Shown: positions 62,829-64,000 of the stretch, one piece after another
Layout of the letters: the number at the start of each line of letters is the position of its first letter
Numbering within the stretch: the stretch's first letter is position 1
Origin: Treponema sp.
GTDB taxonomy: Bacteria > Spirochaetota > Spirochaetia > Treponematales > Treponemataceae
Assembly: GCA_045616545.1 (NCBI GenBank)
Contig: JAZLGX010000033.1
Location: 10,525-74,524 of the forward strand
Reading direction: 5' to 3'
Length of the DNA stretch: 64,000 nt
Translations under genes and position numbers: made by a program
The notes under the pieces: generated by a model
Database searches by the model: none
What the model saw: the letters and a program-made list of their open reading frames with translations, nothing else
What the model was told of the DNA's origin: nothing

Positions 62829-63368
62829 TTATTTATCTTCTTTTTCGGCAGCTACAAGCTCCCCTACTTCTTCCTTGGAAATAGGTTTGTTCTGCTCATA
62901 GATGGCAGACTGCTTTTGGATAAAATCCTTGGGGTAAAGCTTTCCCTGATTCATTCCACCACAAGATTCTGCCACAATATCCCAGGATTCCTTATCCTCA
63001 ATCATCCACGTCCAAAACGGATACGTAGAACATTGAAGTGGCCTGAACTGATAAGCACTACAGCCTTTGTCAAAGAGAATACAGTCATAATTGCTCTTTT
63101 CTTTAAGAGCAAGGACTGACTGTCCCTCATAGTAAGGAGTAAAACGGCAGTATTTTGCCACAAAACTCCTTACACTCATATCAAGCCCCTTACACAAAGT
63201 CAGAAGATCCCTTCTGCTAAGGTAAACAAATCCAGGTGCACTACCGCAGCACCTGCCACATCTCTTGCAGGCAAATTTAAGCCCGTCATCATAAAAGCAT
63301 CCGCCACTTCTCTCCTTATCGATGCCTTTTCCTGTCCATAAACTAGTTAAATCTGTGTTGTCACTCAT
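62829..63368 (-). CDS. YkgJ-family cysteine-cluster protein (CxxCxxCC)
   Basis: 179 aa. It has CKRCGRCCG plus downstream Cys residues (CSAYQFRPLQCSTYPFW). Its start overlaps the pfp stop by 8 nt (ATGAGTGA). Confidence 0.8.
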   Translation of the reverse strand: MSDNTDLTSLWTGKGIDKERSGGCFYDDGLKFACKRCGRCCGSAPGFVYLSRRDLLTLCKGLDMSVRSFVAKYCRFTPYYEGQSVLALKEKSNYDCILFDKGCSAYQFRPLQCSTYPFWTWMIEDKESWDIVAESCGGMNQGKLYPKDFIQKQSAIYEQNKPISKEEVGELVAAEKEDK

Positions 63369-64000
63369 TTTCTAATATTATTGTCGAAGGAATTTGCCAT
63401 GAAATTAAGGGTGGACCGTAAAATTGTATAGGACCTGTATACTTATAGCATGTATTTATAGCCCATTCTTCCCTATGTTCACATAATGTTCTGTAAGGCT
63501 TACCATTAAGATCAACAAGAGCCTTGGCTATAACAGGTTTCATGGAGCCATTTCTCTTTTCCATGTTCATGAGCATGGTAAGGGGAATACCCCCAGTAAT
63601 CCAGTCTTTTGGTTCGGCACTGAGATTCCTTACATAAGAAAGATAACCTGTAAGTCCATTGGCAATAAGATTGAATGCTGTAAAACCAAGAGTATAGCAG
63701 TAACTTGCATCAAAATTAGAAGGCATGGCACTTCTTCCCTCAAAGCCAAAGAAATGAAGTTGTGGAGTAAATTTACCGTTGTATTTTCCACTGGCCTTGA
63801 GTTCAGAAAGCCTCAAGGAAGTCATCTTGGCAAGAAGTCCCTCCGTATCAATAAAACTTACCTGGACATTGCCATGAGGATCTCTCTCCGACAGAAGAGC
63901 CATAGCTGTCTCTTCAGGAATAGACATAAGAGTCCTGTAGCTTTCATGGGACAAGAAAGATTCTAGTGACGGCTTCAGCTTGTCATAGTCATTTATACAT
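63361..64000 (-). CDS. pfp: Diphosphate-fructose-6-phosphate 1-phosphotransferase (PPi-PFK), C-terminal part; the 5' end lies beyond the window
   Basis: The frame is open to the window edge (...CINDYDKLKPSLESFLSHESYRTL...). HFFGFEGRSAMPSNFDASYCYTLGF and GGIPLTMLMNMEKRNG are typical of long spirochaete/protist-type PFP. Confidence 0.85.
   Translation of the reverse strand, partial: CINDYDKLKPSLESFLSHESYRTLMSIPEETAMALLSERDPHGNVQVSFIDTEGLLAKMTSLRLSELKASGKYNGKFTPQLHFFGFEGRSAMPSNFDASYCYTLGFTAFNLIANGLTGYLSYVRNLSAEPKDWITGGIPLTMLMNMEKRNGSMKPVIAKALVDLNGKPYRTLCEHREEWAINTCYKYTGPIQFYGPPLISWQIPSTIILENE

Overview
This is a chromosomal window from a moderately AT-rich, apparently anaerobic, plant-polysaccharide-degrading bacterium. 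The gene content includes a PPi-dependent phosphofructokinase, FliG- and CheB-like genes, an alpha-2-macroglobulin/PbpC pair, YesMN/LplABC-type sugar systems, HypA/HypB and an [FeFe]-hydrogenase-like gene. This fits a gut or rumen Treponema-like spirochaete best, but that is inference only. I support about 45 protein genes, one tRNA(CAT), and no rRNA, CRISPR array, transposase or integrase. Left third: an HU-like gene plus a wHTH/zinc-ribbon gene, a hypB-[959-aa FeS flavoprotein]-hypA operon, an a2m-pbpC-methyltransferase operon, a PAP2 phosphatase, a 5'-truncated FtsX-type permease, a MATE pump and two tandem 5'-nucleotidase paralogues. Middle: the tRNA, an orphan CheB-like gene that seems to start at ATC, a DUF3791/DUF3990/DUF3791-like three-gene cassette, a DUF218 gene and a FliG_C-only gene. 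Next comes a roughly 25-kb xylan/pectin utilisation region with GntR, GH115, PL1, an S24 repressor, two GH10 genes, AraC, an SGNH esterase, a YesMN-like two-component system, an LplABC-like importer, an EAL protein, DUF445 and GH43. Right: an [FeFe]-hydrogenase-like gene, a second LplABC-like importer, a 1133-aa cytoplasmic protein I cannot assign, a YkgJ-like gene and the 3' part of pfp. The strongest non-coding signals are two dispersed intergenic repeat families and a higBA insertion. One family is a 22-bp phased A/T-tract array at three loci. The other is a 36-nt imperfect palindrome centred on AAATTGCAATTT at 3-5 loci. The higBA cassette is bracketed by an exact 30-bp duplicated terminator, and its antitoxin carries an in-frame TAA. 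Best candidates for undescribed biology are the PARP-motif-bearing DUF3990-like cassette, the hypB-X-hypA operon, the 1133-aa protein and the repeat families. All family names are assigned by eye from motifs and need HMM or structure confirmation.
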